This document shows, piece by piece, positions 51,742 through 61,601 of a stretch of 64,000 nt of DNA (positions within the stretch are counted from its first letter, which is position 1; the number at the start of each line of letters is the position of its first letter). Under the pieces are notes generated by a model. That model was not told where the DNA came from. It was given only the letters and a program-made list of their open reading frames with translations, and made no database searches. The stretch is taken from NCBI GenBank assembly GCA_963662545.2, contig CAXXLL010000002.1, forward strand, positions 2,144,001 to 2,208,000, given 5' to 3'. This DNA comes from Gammaproteobacteria bacterium (lineage in GTDB: Bacteria > Pseudomonadota > Gammaproteobacteria > Ga0077536). The position numbers were made by a program, and so were the translations under genes.

Positions 51742-52596
51742 ATGCCGCTGACGATTCGACCTACCGAAGCGACCCTCGGGGCGATCCTTACCGACGTGGA
51801 TCTCGCCGCGCTCGATGACCTCACCTGGCGCGAGGTCGAGGACGCGTTCCACCAATACGCTGTGCTGATTTTCCCGGGTCAGGCCCTGTCCGCCAAGGCA
51901 CAAGTCGACTTTGCCCTGCGTTTCGGAGAAATCGAGATTCTCGTCGATAAGCTCAAGACCCTTCCCGTCACCAACAAGGATGTAAACGGCGGCCTGATGG
52001 ATGACGACACCCATCGGATGCAGCTCTTGCGCGGCAACGAGGGCTGGCACACGGACAGTTCTTACATGCCGCTGTCGGCAAAAGCTTCGGTGTTGTCCGC
52101 GCACGTTGTGCCGTCGGGAGGCGGAGAGACGGAATGGGCAGACGTACGGGCCGCCTATGATGCGCTCGACCAAGCGACAAAGGAGCGCATCGCTGATCTA
52201 ACCGCGTATCACTCTTTCTTTTATTCCCAGGCGAAGATCGGGCATCAGGTCGCCGTAGGCGCAGGCTACGGTTTTTTCGAAGGCGAGCCGCCATTGCACC
52301 CGTTGGTCAAGGTACATTCGGTAACCAAGCGGCCCGCCCTTTACATCGGGCGGCATGCCTACGGGATCCAAGGATATGATGCGGATGAGTCGGACGAATT
52401 ACTCGCCGAACTCGTGACGTTTACTTGTCAGCCGCCACGGACTTTCATGCATGCCTGGCAGCCTGGCGATATTGCCGTGTGGGACAACCGCTGCGTGTTG
52501 CATCGTGCACGGCCCTACGATCACAGTGAGGTACGCGTCATGATGCATACCCGGGTCAAAGGTGACTTGGCAACAGAATCGGCGCTCAATGCCTAA
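51742..52596 (+). CDS. TauD/TfdA-family Fe(II)/2-oxoglutarate dioxygenase
   Basis: WHTDSSY and WDNRCVLHRA. Confidence 0.93.
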   Translation: MPLTIRPTEATLGAILTDVDLAALDDLTWREVEDAFHQYAVLIFPGQALSAKAQVDFALRFGEIEILVDKLKTLPVTNKDVNGGLMDDDTHRMQLLRGNEGWHTDSSYMPLSAKASVLSAHVVPSGGGETEWADVRAAYDALDQATKERIADLTAYHSFFYSQAKIGHQVAVGAGYGFFEGEPPLHPLVKVHSVTKRPALYIGRHAYGIQGYDADESDELLAELVTFTCQPPRTFMHAWQPGDIAVWDNRCVLHRARPYDHSEVRVMMHTRVKGDLATESALNA

Positions 52597-52623
52597 GCAA
52601 CTATCACAGGTCGGTTTTTGAGG

Positions 52624-52689
52624 AACCACAGAGTTCACAGAGAAAACTATTATCTTGTGACCTGTAAACGGCCTTTGAACTCTGTGGTT
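52624..52689. repeat. 14-bp perfect inverted repeat
   Basis: AACCACAGAGTTCA ... TGAACTCTGTGGTT. Confidence 0.7.
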
Positions 52690-52775
52690 TTATTGTGCCG
52701 CTCGGTAACACCTCGGCGTAGCAGTTCAACGCCTAAGATCCTACCTATGAAGCAGTACTACCGAAGGGGACTCAC

Positions 52776-53861
52776 ATGGCCACCAAGGGTAAGCCCAAAG
52801 GCGAAGCGACGACGATCGATCGGTTAGCTTACGGGCTGCGTGGACACATCAACCGCTTCTCTCACGTCGTAATAAATGTCTCCGATCTCGATCGCTCGGT
52901 CGAGTTTTACGAGAAGACATTCCCGGTGCGGCGGCGGGAGCGCATCAATGGTCCCGCCCAAAGCTACCTCGGGCTCGGCATCGAGCACGGGGAGTTCGAG
53001 GGGTGGGTGCTCGAGAACAAAAAGGATGCCTCGCCGCCGGGCGATTTCAAAGCGGAATTCCCCGCTCGGCTGATGCACCTAATCCAGTGGAAGTCACCCA
53101 AACCCACGGGCGCACCCTATCGCGAGGCAAACCATGTCGGCATCTACCGCCAGAATTCCTTTGTCAACAACCTCGATGAAGCCTATACCAACGTGCTCGC
53201 CAACGGTGGCAGGCCCTACGGGGAGCCCAGTTGGATCATGTTAACGCCCGATGGCTACGGAGTTACCGTCTTCGCATATCGGGACCCCGACGGAAATACC
53301 CTGGAGATGATCGCCGCGGAAGCCCCCGAGGGCACGATCGCGTTCCCGGGCATGATGCATCACTGCAATCTTAACGTCCGCAAGCTCGAGACCTCATACA
53401 GGTTTTACCGCGACATTCTCGGGCTCGATCTGACGGTGTATCTGGCGCCCTCGGAACCGCAACCGGCCACCAACGGATCGCTTGGCGACTCGCTTCGCAA
53501 TCCGGACGGCTCCGAATTCACCGACGGCCAGATGCTCTTCGCGGCGACGCTAATGGGCGTACGCTCCGACTCGAGGAGCCCGATCGACGTGCTCGAATGG
53601 GCCCAACCGAAGCCCTACGGCGAGCCGTATAAGTCACCGACTAATCTCGGCATCATGCGCGTGGCCTTCGAGGTCGACGACATCGAAGCCGCACGCTCAC
53701 GGCTGCAGCGCGCCGGGCACGCACCTATCGGGCCCGTCGATACGTGGGACATGGGGGAATTCGGCGAACGCAAGGTCGTGATCTTCAGGGATCCCGACGG
53801 GATCATGCTCGAACTGATCGAGCAAGCACCGATCCCTGGTGACAGACCTCCTTTCGATTGA
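52776..53861 (+). CDS. Two-domain VOC/glyoxalase-family protein
   Basis: HVVINVSDLDRSVEFY...RDPDGNTLEM and HHCNLNV...FYRDILG...RDPDGIMLELIE. Confidence 0.88.
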   Translation: MATKGKPKGEATTIDRLAYGLRGHINRFSHVVINVSDLDRSVEFYEKTFPVRRRERINGPAQSYLGLGIEHGEFEGWVLENKKDASPPGDFKAEFPARLMHLIQWKSPKPTGAPYREANHVGIYRQNSFVNNLDEAYTNVLANGGRPYGEPSWIMLTPDGYGVTVFAYRDPDGNTLEMIAAEAPEGTIAFPGMMHHCNLNVRKLETSYRFYRDILGLDLTVYLAPSEPQPATNGSLGDSLRNPDGSEFTDGQMLFAATLMGVRSDSRSPIDVLEWAQPKPYGEPYKSPTNLGIMRVAFEVDDIEAARSRLQRAGHAPIGPVDTWDMGEFGERKVVIFRDPDGIMLELIEQAPIPGDRPPFD

Positions 53862-53968
53862 GGACGCGCAGCTACGCAATCATTGCGTACCATGAAAACG
53901 GTCGGTGACAACTGATCACTGCCCTTTTTGTCGGCTGCTTCTCGCCCGCGGCGCAGGTGAACCCAGGG

Positions 53969-54019
53969 TAAAGGGGGACATTCAGCTTTTTCATTATAAA
54001 AGCTGAATGTCCCCCTTTA
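53969..54019. repeat. REP-like 22-bp perfect palindrome
   Basis: TAAAGGGGGACATTCAGCTTTT / AAAAGCTGAATGTCCCCCTTTA, followed by an extra TGTCCCCCTTTAT. Confidence 0.8.
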
Positions 54020-54286
54020 TCTGTCCCCCTTTATCGCCCTTTCATGAGCTTGTTATACGGCCGCTTGCGACATGGTTATATGACGTGGGTGACTGGCCAC
54101 ACGATTTAGCCATGCGCCAATGGTTGGGTACGCCGAAAGGTCAAAGCCACCCTCATGCGCGACATGCGTATAGGCGTACAACGATATATCTGCAATGGTC
54201 AGTGCGCCATTGACAAGAAATTCAGTTTCGGACAATTGTCCTTCCATAACTGCGAGCGCTTTGTTTCCCCCTTCCTTCTTGGCCTC

Positions 54287-56680
54287 AAATTCTGCCCGGC
54301 GCTCTTCGGGTAGGCCTAGGTACTTTGCAATGAATCTTGCGACCGCAATGTACGGCTCGTGGCTATATTGTTCAAAGAACTGCCATTTTAGAACATTGGC
54401 TCTTTCCCAAGGCTCATCCGGCAAGTAGCTGGTGCCGTGAGCTAGCTAGTGTCCGTCCATAAACAGGCATTTTCTTCGATGGGCACGGAGAAATCGAGGT
54501 GTTGAAAGTAGGTTGTTGGAGCGGTAGCGGCGGTTCGGTGGGGGTCGAAGGGCTCTTCGAGCGTAATTGTGAGTACGTTCGCCGGCCGCAGAGCGCTGCA
54601 ACCCAAAGTCGCCCGTTCGACGATATCGAGGAGGTCAGTTAGTGCGAGTGAACGTCGCTATTCGAGTTGATAGCGCGCGAGCAGGCTGAGGTTGTAGGCG
54701 ACCACAGAAGACCACACGTAGGCTTCGAAGTGCGGCAGGCTCTTCCAGGTGCAACGTGCCAATCCGTATGCACGCTTCAGGCAGGAGATACCGGCCTCGA
54801 TGCCGGCGCGGAAGTTGCGCAAGCGTCGATAGACCCACTGACTCTTGACCATGTCGGCGATCGCGAGCCCGCGCTTCTTGTGGAAGGCAACGTCTTCGAT
54901 GCCTTCTGCTTTCGCCGCCCGGAGATTGTCGAGGCTCGCATAGCCGCCATCGGCGGCGACCTGTCGTGGCATCGTCCCGTAGTGTGTTCGATGCCGTTCG
55001 AGCATCGGCATGAAGCGCTGACTATCGACCGGATTGCCTCGCTCGATGACCACGTCGAGGATGAGGCCACTGCGCCCCGAAGCCAGATTGATTTTGTGTC
55101 CGTACTGAACGTCGCGCGCACCCTTTATGATGATGTCGGTATGCGGCTCGAACAAGCTCACGCACTTCTCGCTCGCGGGGACCTTCTCACCGCCGAACAC
55201 CCGCCGCTCAGTTTGCGAAATCACCTGCAGAACAAGTGTTTCGTAGTGCGCTCTGGCTAGCCAGTCCGGCATTGTGACGCCCGGGCTCAGCAGCTGCTCA
55301 CGTACCCTCGCTACCGCTTCCTGCGCCCCAATCAAATCGCGATACAGACGTTGGCGTTGCTTCGCACCACGCGCATACCACAGCGCCCGCGCACCTTCTT
55401 CGCCAATCGAGTGTGGTTCACGAAGCACAACTCCGGCGCGCCAACTCGCGCGCCTGTGCGAGCAAATTCTGCGCACGGCAGCTCTTCGGGTACTGTCCGG
55501 CCTCAAGGTACTTTGCAATGAATCTTGCGACCGCAATGTACGGCTCGTGGCTATATTGTTCAAAGAACTGCCATTTTAGAACATTGGCTCTTTCCCATGG
55601 AGGCTCATCCGGCAAGTAGCTGGTGCCGTGAGCTAGCTAGTGTCCGTCCATAAACAGGCATTTTCTTCGATGGGCACGGAGAAATCGAGGTGTTGAAAGT
55701 AGGTTGTTGGAGCGGTAGCGGCGGTTCGGTGGGGGTCGAAGGGCTCTTCGAGCGTAATTGTGAGTACGTTCGCCGGCCGCAGAGCGCTGCAACCCAAAGT
55801 CGCCCGTTCGACGATATCGAGGAGGTCAGTTAGTGCGAGTGAACGTCGCTATTCGAGTTGATAGCGCGCGAGCAGGCTGAGGTTGTAGGCGACCACAGAA
55901 GACCACACGTAGGCTTCGAAGTGCGGCAGGCTCTTCCAGGTGCAACGTGCCAATCCGTATGCACGCTTCAGGCAGGAGATACCGGCCTCGATGCCGGCGC
56001 GGAAGTTGCGCAAGCGTCGATAGACCCACTGACTCTTGACCATGTCGGCGATCGCGAGCCCGCGCTTCTTGTGGAAGGCAACGTCTTCGATGCCTTCTGC
56101 TTTCGCCGCCCGGAGATTGTCGAGGCTCGCATAGCCGCCATCGGCGGCGACCTGTCGTGGCATCGTCCCGTAGTGTGTTCGATGCCGTTCGAGCATCGGC
56201 ATGAAGCGCTGACTATCGACCGGATTGCCTCGCTCGATGACCACGTCGAGGATGAGGCCACTGCGCCCCGAAGCCAGATTGATTTTGTGTCCGTACTGAA
56301 CGTCGCGCGCACCCTTTATGATGATGTCGGTATGCGGCTCGAACAAGCTCACGCACTTCTCGCTCGCGGGGACCTTCTCACCGCCGAACACCCGCCGCTC
56401 AGTTTGCGAAATCACCTGCAGAACAAGTGTTTCGTAGTGCGCTACCTGCGCTAGCCAGTCCGGCAGTTCAACGCCGGTGACGCCCGGGCTCAGCAGCTGC
56501 TCACGTACCCTCGCTACCGCTTCCAAGGTTGAACGCGTCGCCCCAATCAAATCGCGATACAGACGTTGGCGTTGCTTCGCACCACGCGCATACCACAGCG
56601 CCCGCGCACGCTTCTTCGCCAATCGAGTGTGGTTCACGAAGCACAACTCCGGCGCGCCAGGCAACTCGCGCGCCTGTGCG
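54287..56680. repeat. Tandem duplication with 1191-bp offset (GST middle plus IS left part) and an indel-rich junction
   Basis: Identical blocks offset by 1191 bp (transposase stops at 54658 and 55849); junction near 55463. Confidence 0.9.
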
Positions 56681-57335
56681 AGCAGACGAACCACAACACG
56701 CACGCCATCCCACAGCAGATGACTGTCGCTCGGCGCGTGGATGGCACTGTCCGTTACCGTGCTATCAATCCGTACACGCTGTGCCGGCTCAATGCGCGTC
56801 TCTTTCGCCGTCGCCAGCAGGGCGCGATGAATAGACTCCCACGTCGATACCTGGATCGCCGAGACCACCCGCTGTAAGGCAGACTTCTTCGGACGTTCAT
56901 TACCCGGCAACCGGGCGAAGGCCTGAAAGCTCGCCGAGTCCTGCAGGTGAAAGGCCAGCTCCTCGTAACTCAATTGCCGGTGCTGCTTGAGCACCGCGCA
57001 GCGCAGCACCGACTCCGCCGACAGTCCGCGTCGACCGGTGGGCTTCAAACCCCGCCGACACAGATCGTTCATGACCGGCGTGAGGACCTTGGGGTGAGCA
57101 TCGAGCCACTCGGACATGCCCTGCAGCTCTCGCCCCAGGTCATGGTCAGCAAACAGCTCGTATATACTCGCTTGGGCCGTGCGTTTCTGACGCATTCCCC
57201 CTCCTGTGGTGTCGATGATTGTGTGGAAAATCAGAGGTTTGAAGTTCCATTAGATCACGACCCACCGGAGGTTTCGATCCCTTAAGCGACAAATTTTCCT
57301 TTTTATTTCAACCGCATCGCGTTTAGGGATGCACA
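55641..57335 (-). mobile_element. DDE insertion sequence (IS5/ISNCY-like), about 1.7 kb
   Basis: Ends TGTCCGTCCATAAAC / GTTTAGGGATGCACA; flanks CTAGCTAG / CTAGATAG. Confidence 0.88.
55849..57195 (-). CDS. DDE transposase, apparently intact
   Basis: RIDSTV, AADGGY, FRAGIEAGISCLKR acidic-triad-like motifs. Confidence 0.92.
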   Translation of the reverse strand: MRQKRTAQASIYELFADHDLGRELQGMSEWLDAHPKVLTPVMNDLCRRGLKPTGRRGLSAESVLRCAVLKQHRQLSYEELAFHLQDSASFQAFARLPGNERPKKSALQRVVSAIQVSTWESIHRALLATAKETRIEPAQRVRIDSTVTDSAIHAPSDSHLLWDGVRVVVRLLAQARELPGAPELCFVNHTRLAKKRARALWYARGAKQRQRLYRDLIGATRSTLEAVARVREQLLSPGVTGVELPDWLAQVAHYETLVLQVISQTERRVFGGEKVPASEKCVSLFEPHTDIIIKGARDVQYGHKINLASGRSGLILDVVIERGNPVDSQRFMPMLERHRTHYGTMPRQVAADGGYASLDNLRAAKAEGIEDVAFHKKRGLAIADMVKSQWVYRRLRNFRAGIEAGISCLKRAYGLARCTWKSLPHFEAYVWSSVVAYNLSLLARYQLE

Positions 57336-57577
57336 CTAGATAGTTGAGTATTGCATTCGACTCGCAAAGACATTCTCCGGAGGTCAGTTCGAGAACAGGG
57401 ATTTTGCCGTTGGGATTCTTGGCCAAAAATTCTTCGGTCCTCGTCTCACCTTGCAGGATATCTACTTCTACCCACTCATGCGCCAGTTCGAGATGATTCA
57501 TGAGCAGTTTGACCTTGTAGCAATTGCCGGACTGAATATCTCCGTAGACTTGATACATCTACATGCCTCCTTCTGCC

Positions 57578-57662
57578 GTATAAGCTTGAGCTAAGCTGGC
57601 GCGGACGTTGCGAGTACGGAGCGTGTGACAAATAGGCGGTCAGGTTGGGCGGCTGGTTAAAC
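57578..57662 (-). other. Degenerate attC-like site
   Basis: Minus strand GTTTAAC after the DUF1330 stop ... CTTATAC before the GST RBS. Confidence 0.5.
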
Positions 57663-57666
57663 GCAT

Positions 57667-58098
57667 TCAATTGTTCATCGCGTTGAGCATTTCCAGCCAC
57701 TCTCCCCCATCAAATTCAACCGTCTGAGTTTTGTAAGGCAGCACCGGTTCGGATGCCCACAAGATACGGCTCTCGAGGGCTTCTCCGGCCAAAGGGTGGA
57801 GAGCTTGGTATTTGTCGGAGCGAAACATTTCGTAGCAAGCACGTCGGCTTGGATACCTAACGAGAAGGACGCTATCCCAATCTCCAATTTCACCTTGAAT
57901 TTGTTCTTTAAGTTTCTCAGCGTAGACGAGTTCTATCCCGCTATCTGCGCAATCCGCCATCACGCGCCTGATGTATTCGAGATATGTTTTAAGAGAGTCA
58001 CCGGATTTGAACTTCAAAAGATTAAGCACCACCACCGGGCCAGTATCCAAATCCTTAGGTTGAACTTCGTCGAGAGTAGCGAGCGGGTTCAGGTCCAT
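57667..58098 (-). CDS. DUF1330-like protein
   Basis: GPVVVLNLLKF, WDSVLLVRYPSR, YQALHPL; start at ATG 58098. Confidence 0.8.
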   Translation of the reverse strand: MDLNPLATLDEVQPKDLDTGPVVVLNLLKFKSGDSLKTYLEYIRRVMADCADSGIELVYAEKLKEQIQGEIGDWDSVLLVRYPSRRACYEMFRSDKYQALHPLAGEALESRILWASEPVLPYKTQTVEFDGGEWLEMLNAMNN

Positions 58099-58115
58099 AA
58101 TTCTTACTCCAATAC

Positions 58116-58227
58116 GCATAAGGTTTTGGATAACAGTCGTGTTACAGCAGAGCCGTTTGGCGCAAAAATGCAATGCCGGCCCAAAGGAGCCTGCCGTAAC
58201 GCGTCGGCCTCGATCGCCCTGCTAGCT
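58116..58227 (-). other. Degenerate attC-like site
   Basis: Minus strand AGCTAGC overlapping the stop, inner stem CGCGTTACGGCAG / CTGCTGTAACACG, end CTTATGC. Confidence 0.55.
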
Positions 58228-58881
58228 GTATTTTTTTCCACTGTAAAGCGCCATCGTTCCAAACATTGTGCCGAACGTCTCGCGCGCGAAAGTATCTCCA
58301 AACCCCGCTTCTTTAAAGATTTGTGTTAATAGCCCCTTCCGGTTGTCATCGGTGTTACTGAATCCGTCCAAAAGTTGTATTCCGTAAAACAGAAACGCCA
58401 TGAATCCGTTATCAGGCTTGCCCCAATCAGCAATGTGGATCATCCCGCCAGGCTTTAATACTCGATACATCTCCTTAGCGGTTCGGTCTTTCAGATCGCG
58501 GCTTAAGTGGTGAAAAAACAAACTGGACATAACGATATCGAAATGTTCATCCCCATAAGGCAACTCATACGATAGACCTTGATCCAGTTTTATTGTTAGC
58601 TCGGCTTTGTCAATTTTCGATCGCGCTATGTTTAGTATCGTCGGATCGCCGTCGATTCCCGTTACGTTCGCATCGCGATGCAGGGATTTTAAAAGCAGCG
58701 CGAGCGTTCCAGTTCCGCACGCTACATCGAGTATTTCAGAGCCGGGTTTGATTGAAGCCTGGGCGATTAGCGCACTTTTGAACGTGTTCTCGCGCGCCGT
58801 CAGCCCGGCCACAATATCGTAGAAGCGAGTTAATGGTGCGTAGCCAAGTGCCGGAACGTATTTATCAGAATCTGGCGACAT
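58222..58881 (-). CDS. Class I SAM-dependent methyltransferase
   Basis: ILDVACGTG, SSLFFHHL, RVLKPGG. Confidence 0.92.
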   Translation of the reverse strand: MSPDSDKYVPALGYAPLTRFYDIVAGLTARENTFKSALIAQASIKPGSEILDVACGTGTLALLLKSLHRDANVTGIDGDPTILNIARSKIDKAELTIKLDQGLSYELPYGDEHFDIVMSSLFFHHLSRDLKDRTAKEMYRVLKPGGMIHIADWGKPDNGFMAFLFYGIQLLDGFSNTDDNRKGLLTQIFKEAGFGDTFARETFGTMFGTMALYSGKKYS

Positions 58882-59021
58882 TTTCGGCGATTGCGCCTAA
58901 ATAGAGCTACAGTTGGGATAACCGGAGCTTGATGGGGGACTGGATAGTCAGCGAAAGGACGGAGCGGTCAGCCGTCCGCCGTCCGCATTGTTTGCATGGT
59001 GTAGTTAGTTACATCCGTCCC

Positions 59022-59456
59022 TTACCTATCAGCAACCATTCGAAGTGCCACCCGTAAATGTTGGTACTTCCACTCACCGTTTATTTTCACGTAATCGTCG
59101 TCATATCTCAGGGCTAACCACTTCTCCTCATTGTTTTCGGAATAGGTCCACGGGCCCATTATGTACCATATGCCTGTAGCACGGCCCCCGTCGACTTCGA
59201 TTCTTGGATTCATGATGTTGTGCTGAGAAAAGCTGAACATTTTTTGAAAGCCGCGAAATAATTCGCGAATAGCCTCATGTCCCTCGGCTTTTCCAAAATC
59301 GGCACTTTCCCAGAAGGCATCTTCGGCAAATAACGAATCGATTCTATCGGGGTTGTGCATATCGTCGCAGATCTCACAATAGAGCGCTTTGAGTTGCTTT
59401 ATCGCTTCAATGTCTTCGATCCGGGTGAGTCGCTTTTCGAGTTCCGCCATTTCCAT
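59022..59456 (-). CDS. SnoaL-like/NTF2-family protein
   Basis: EDIEAIKQLKALYC, LFAEDA, YDDDYVKINGEWK. Confidence 0.88.
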   Translation of the reverse strand: MEMAELEKRLTRIEDIEAIKQLKALYCEICDDMHNPDRIDSLFAEDAFWESADFGKAEGHEAIRELFRGFQKMFSFSQHNIMNPRIEVDGGRATGIWYIMGPWTYSENNEEKWLALRYDDDYVKINGEWKYQHLRVALRMVADR

Positions 59457-59626
59457 AGTAAATCCTTCTCTAAGTAGAGCTGGTTAATTTCATTTTGTCG
59501 ACAAAATATGTGTCGGGGCAATAGATCCTAAGCGGTGTTTCTTTTGGGACGAAAAGGTGTCAGGTCTATTTGATCGCAGCTGCAAATATTCCTGGCACTT
59601 TTTTTTCCTCGCGCCGCGCGCGCTCG

Positions 59627-61060
59627 TCACTCGACGGTTAGGACCCGTATTAAATCAGTACTACCGGCCTGACGTTGACTCCCAGCCGTCGCGACAATGA
59701 TATCGCCCGGGCGTGCGTAGCCCGATGCCTTTGCGCGGTCCGTGGCGAAGGCAAGCTTGTCGTCGTCCGTACCGTTGCCTTCGTAATGCATGGCGAGAAC
59801 ACCCCAGTTCATGGCGAGACGGCGCACGACTCGAGGTGACGAGGTTACGGCGAGAATCGGGCAGTCAGGGCGATACTTCGAGATTAGTCGGGAAGTGAAG
59901 CCGGTTTCGGTGAGCGCGATGATGGCCACGGCTTTGAGATGATTGGCCATCGTGATGGACGCCTGGGCCACGGCTTCCGTGACGACGTTTGCCGGGTGCG
60001 GCAGGATCTGTTGCAGGTGGCCGAATTCCGGCAGACCTGCTTCCGCTTCCCGGGCCAGGCGCACCATCGTACGGACGGATTCGACCGGGTAGGCGCCTAC
60101 AGCCGTTTCGCCCGAGAGCATCACCGCCGAGGTACCGTCTAGTATCGCATTTGCAACGTCACTGACCTCCGCGCGGGTCGGACGCGGGTTACGCTCCATT
60201 GAATCGAGCATTTGGGTCGCGGTGATCACGGGTTTGCCATTGGTCACCGTGCTGCGAATGATGCGCTTTTGGATGGTCGGCCCCTGGGCGAGATCCAACT
60301 CAACGCCGAGGTCGCCGCGCGCCACCATCGTTCCATCAGCGACGGCAATGATTTCATCGAGGTTCTCAACACCGCCGCGGCTCTCGATCTTGGCGATGAT
60401 GGGCGTATCGGCACCCAGTTCGGTCAATTTGCCCCGCAGCCGCTCGATATCAGCCGCATCGCGAATGAACGATGCCGCCACGTACTCTGCTTCTTGGGCG
60501 GCGACGAACTCGAGATCGCCCCCGACGTCGGAATCGATCGATTCGAAGATGTTGGGATTATCCGGCAGGTTAACACCCTTGCGGTCATGCAAGGTGCTAC
60601 CGTTTTCAACGCGGCATCGAATCGCACCGAGCGAAATGCCGGTAACACTAAGCCCGATGAGTCCGTCGTCGAGGAGCACGCGATCGCGCAGGCTGACATG
60701 GTCGTGAAGTGTGGCATGCGACACCGCCACACCTTCAGCATTGCCAAGGCGTTCGTCTGTATAAAGTGTAAATTCCTGACCTGGCGCAAGCGTCACCGAG
60801 CCGCCTTCCAGCTTGCCGGTGCGGATTTCGCGTCCTCGCGTATCGATCATGATTGCGAGGTTGACGCCGACCGCGTCCGCCGCACGCCGGACCCGCGTGA
60901 TCCGCTCCCCATGCTGTTCGAAATCACCATGCGAAAGGTTCAGGCGCGCTACGTTGACACCTTCGGAGATCATGTCGCGGAGGACGGATTCGTCATCGCA
61001 GGCCGGTCCGATCGTGGCGATAATTTTCGTTTTCTGCAGCCGGTGTCTAATACTCATCAA
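59627..61060 (-). CDS. pyk: Pyruvate kinase
   Basis: KTKIIATIGPA, ARLNLSHG, MVARGDLGVE, ATQMLDSM, MLSGETA. Confidence 0.97.
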   Translation of the reverse strand: MMSIRHRLQKTKIIATIGPACDDESVLRDMISEGVNVARLNLSHGDFEQHGERITRVRRAADAVGVNLAIMIDTRGREIRTGKLEGGSVTLAPGQEFTLYTDERLGNAEGVAVSHATLHDHVSLRDRVLLDDGLIGLSVTGISLGAIRCRVENGSTLHDRKGVNLPDNPNIFESIDSDVGGDLEFVAAQEAEYVAASFIRDAADIERLRGKLTELGADTPIIAKIESRGGVENLDEIIAVADGTMVARGDLGVELDLAQGPTIQKRIIRSTVTNGKPVITATQMLDSMERNPRPTRAEVSDVANAILDGTSAVMLSGETAVGAYPVESVRTMVRLAREAEAGLPEFGHLQQILPHPANVVTEAVAQASITMANHLKAVAIIALTETGFTSRLISKYRPDCPILAVTSSPRVVRRLAMNWGVLAMHYEGNGTDDDKLAFATDRAKASGYARPGDIIVATAGSQRQAGSTDLIRVLTVE

Positions 61061-61197
61061 GACCTCGAATTGACACGCTTACGGCGACAAAGTATACGGC
61101 CGCACGCGCATAAAAAATCGAATGGTCACGACTTAATGCGAAATAGCTGTTCAGAAGTAAAGGTGATCGAGGAATCAAGCTTTAATTCCTCCAGCGA

Positions 61198-61389
61198 TCA
61201 ATCGGTCAGACCCCTTGTACAGGTATATTCGTATATCTGGCAGTCCGCTGCGAGCATCGGCACTTCGCCACGCCAAACCTCGGTGAAAATGGACGGGTCC
61301 TCGAGGGTCGCCTCATAGGACATCGTCTGCGAACTCGTCGCCGTGAAGCGCTCGATCACACGCAGGGCTTCGCTGTGAAAGGTCCCCAC
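61198..61389 (-). pseudogene. Fragment of a conserved hypothetical protein (C-terminal part)
   Basis: LRVIERFT...YEATLEDPSIFT..W...IYEY reads as protein-like but has no N-terminal part; family not identified. Confidence 0.4.
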
Positions 61390-61601
61390 GCGGCCCAGCC
61401 AAGTTTGATCGTTCTGTCCGGTCGTTTCAATAACGAGGGTGTCTCCATGATCGTTCCTACCCGCTCATGCAGACGCGCGCCAGAACTTCACGGCCAGATA
61501 ACCCGCGTCTCCTCCGCCGGAAAGCATCGAAATCCTCTGGGAAAAGTTGCCAAGTTCATTGGTCGTAGAATCCGGTACCGATTGAAATCGGCGTCGTTGT
61601 C

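Larger units (their letters stand above)
54053..57558 (-). pseudogene. Glutathione S-transferase split by an IS (N-terminus 57340-57558, C-terminus 54053-54445)
   Basis: SGNCYKVKL...NPNGKIPVL...ESNAILNYL joins AHGTSYLPDEPWERANVLKWQFFEQYSHEP across the insertion. Confidence 0.9.
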
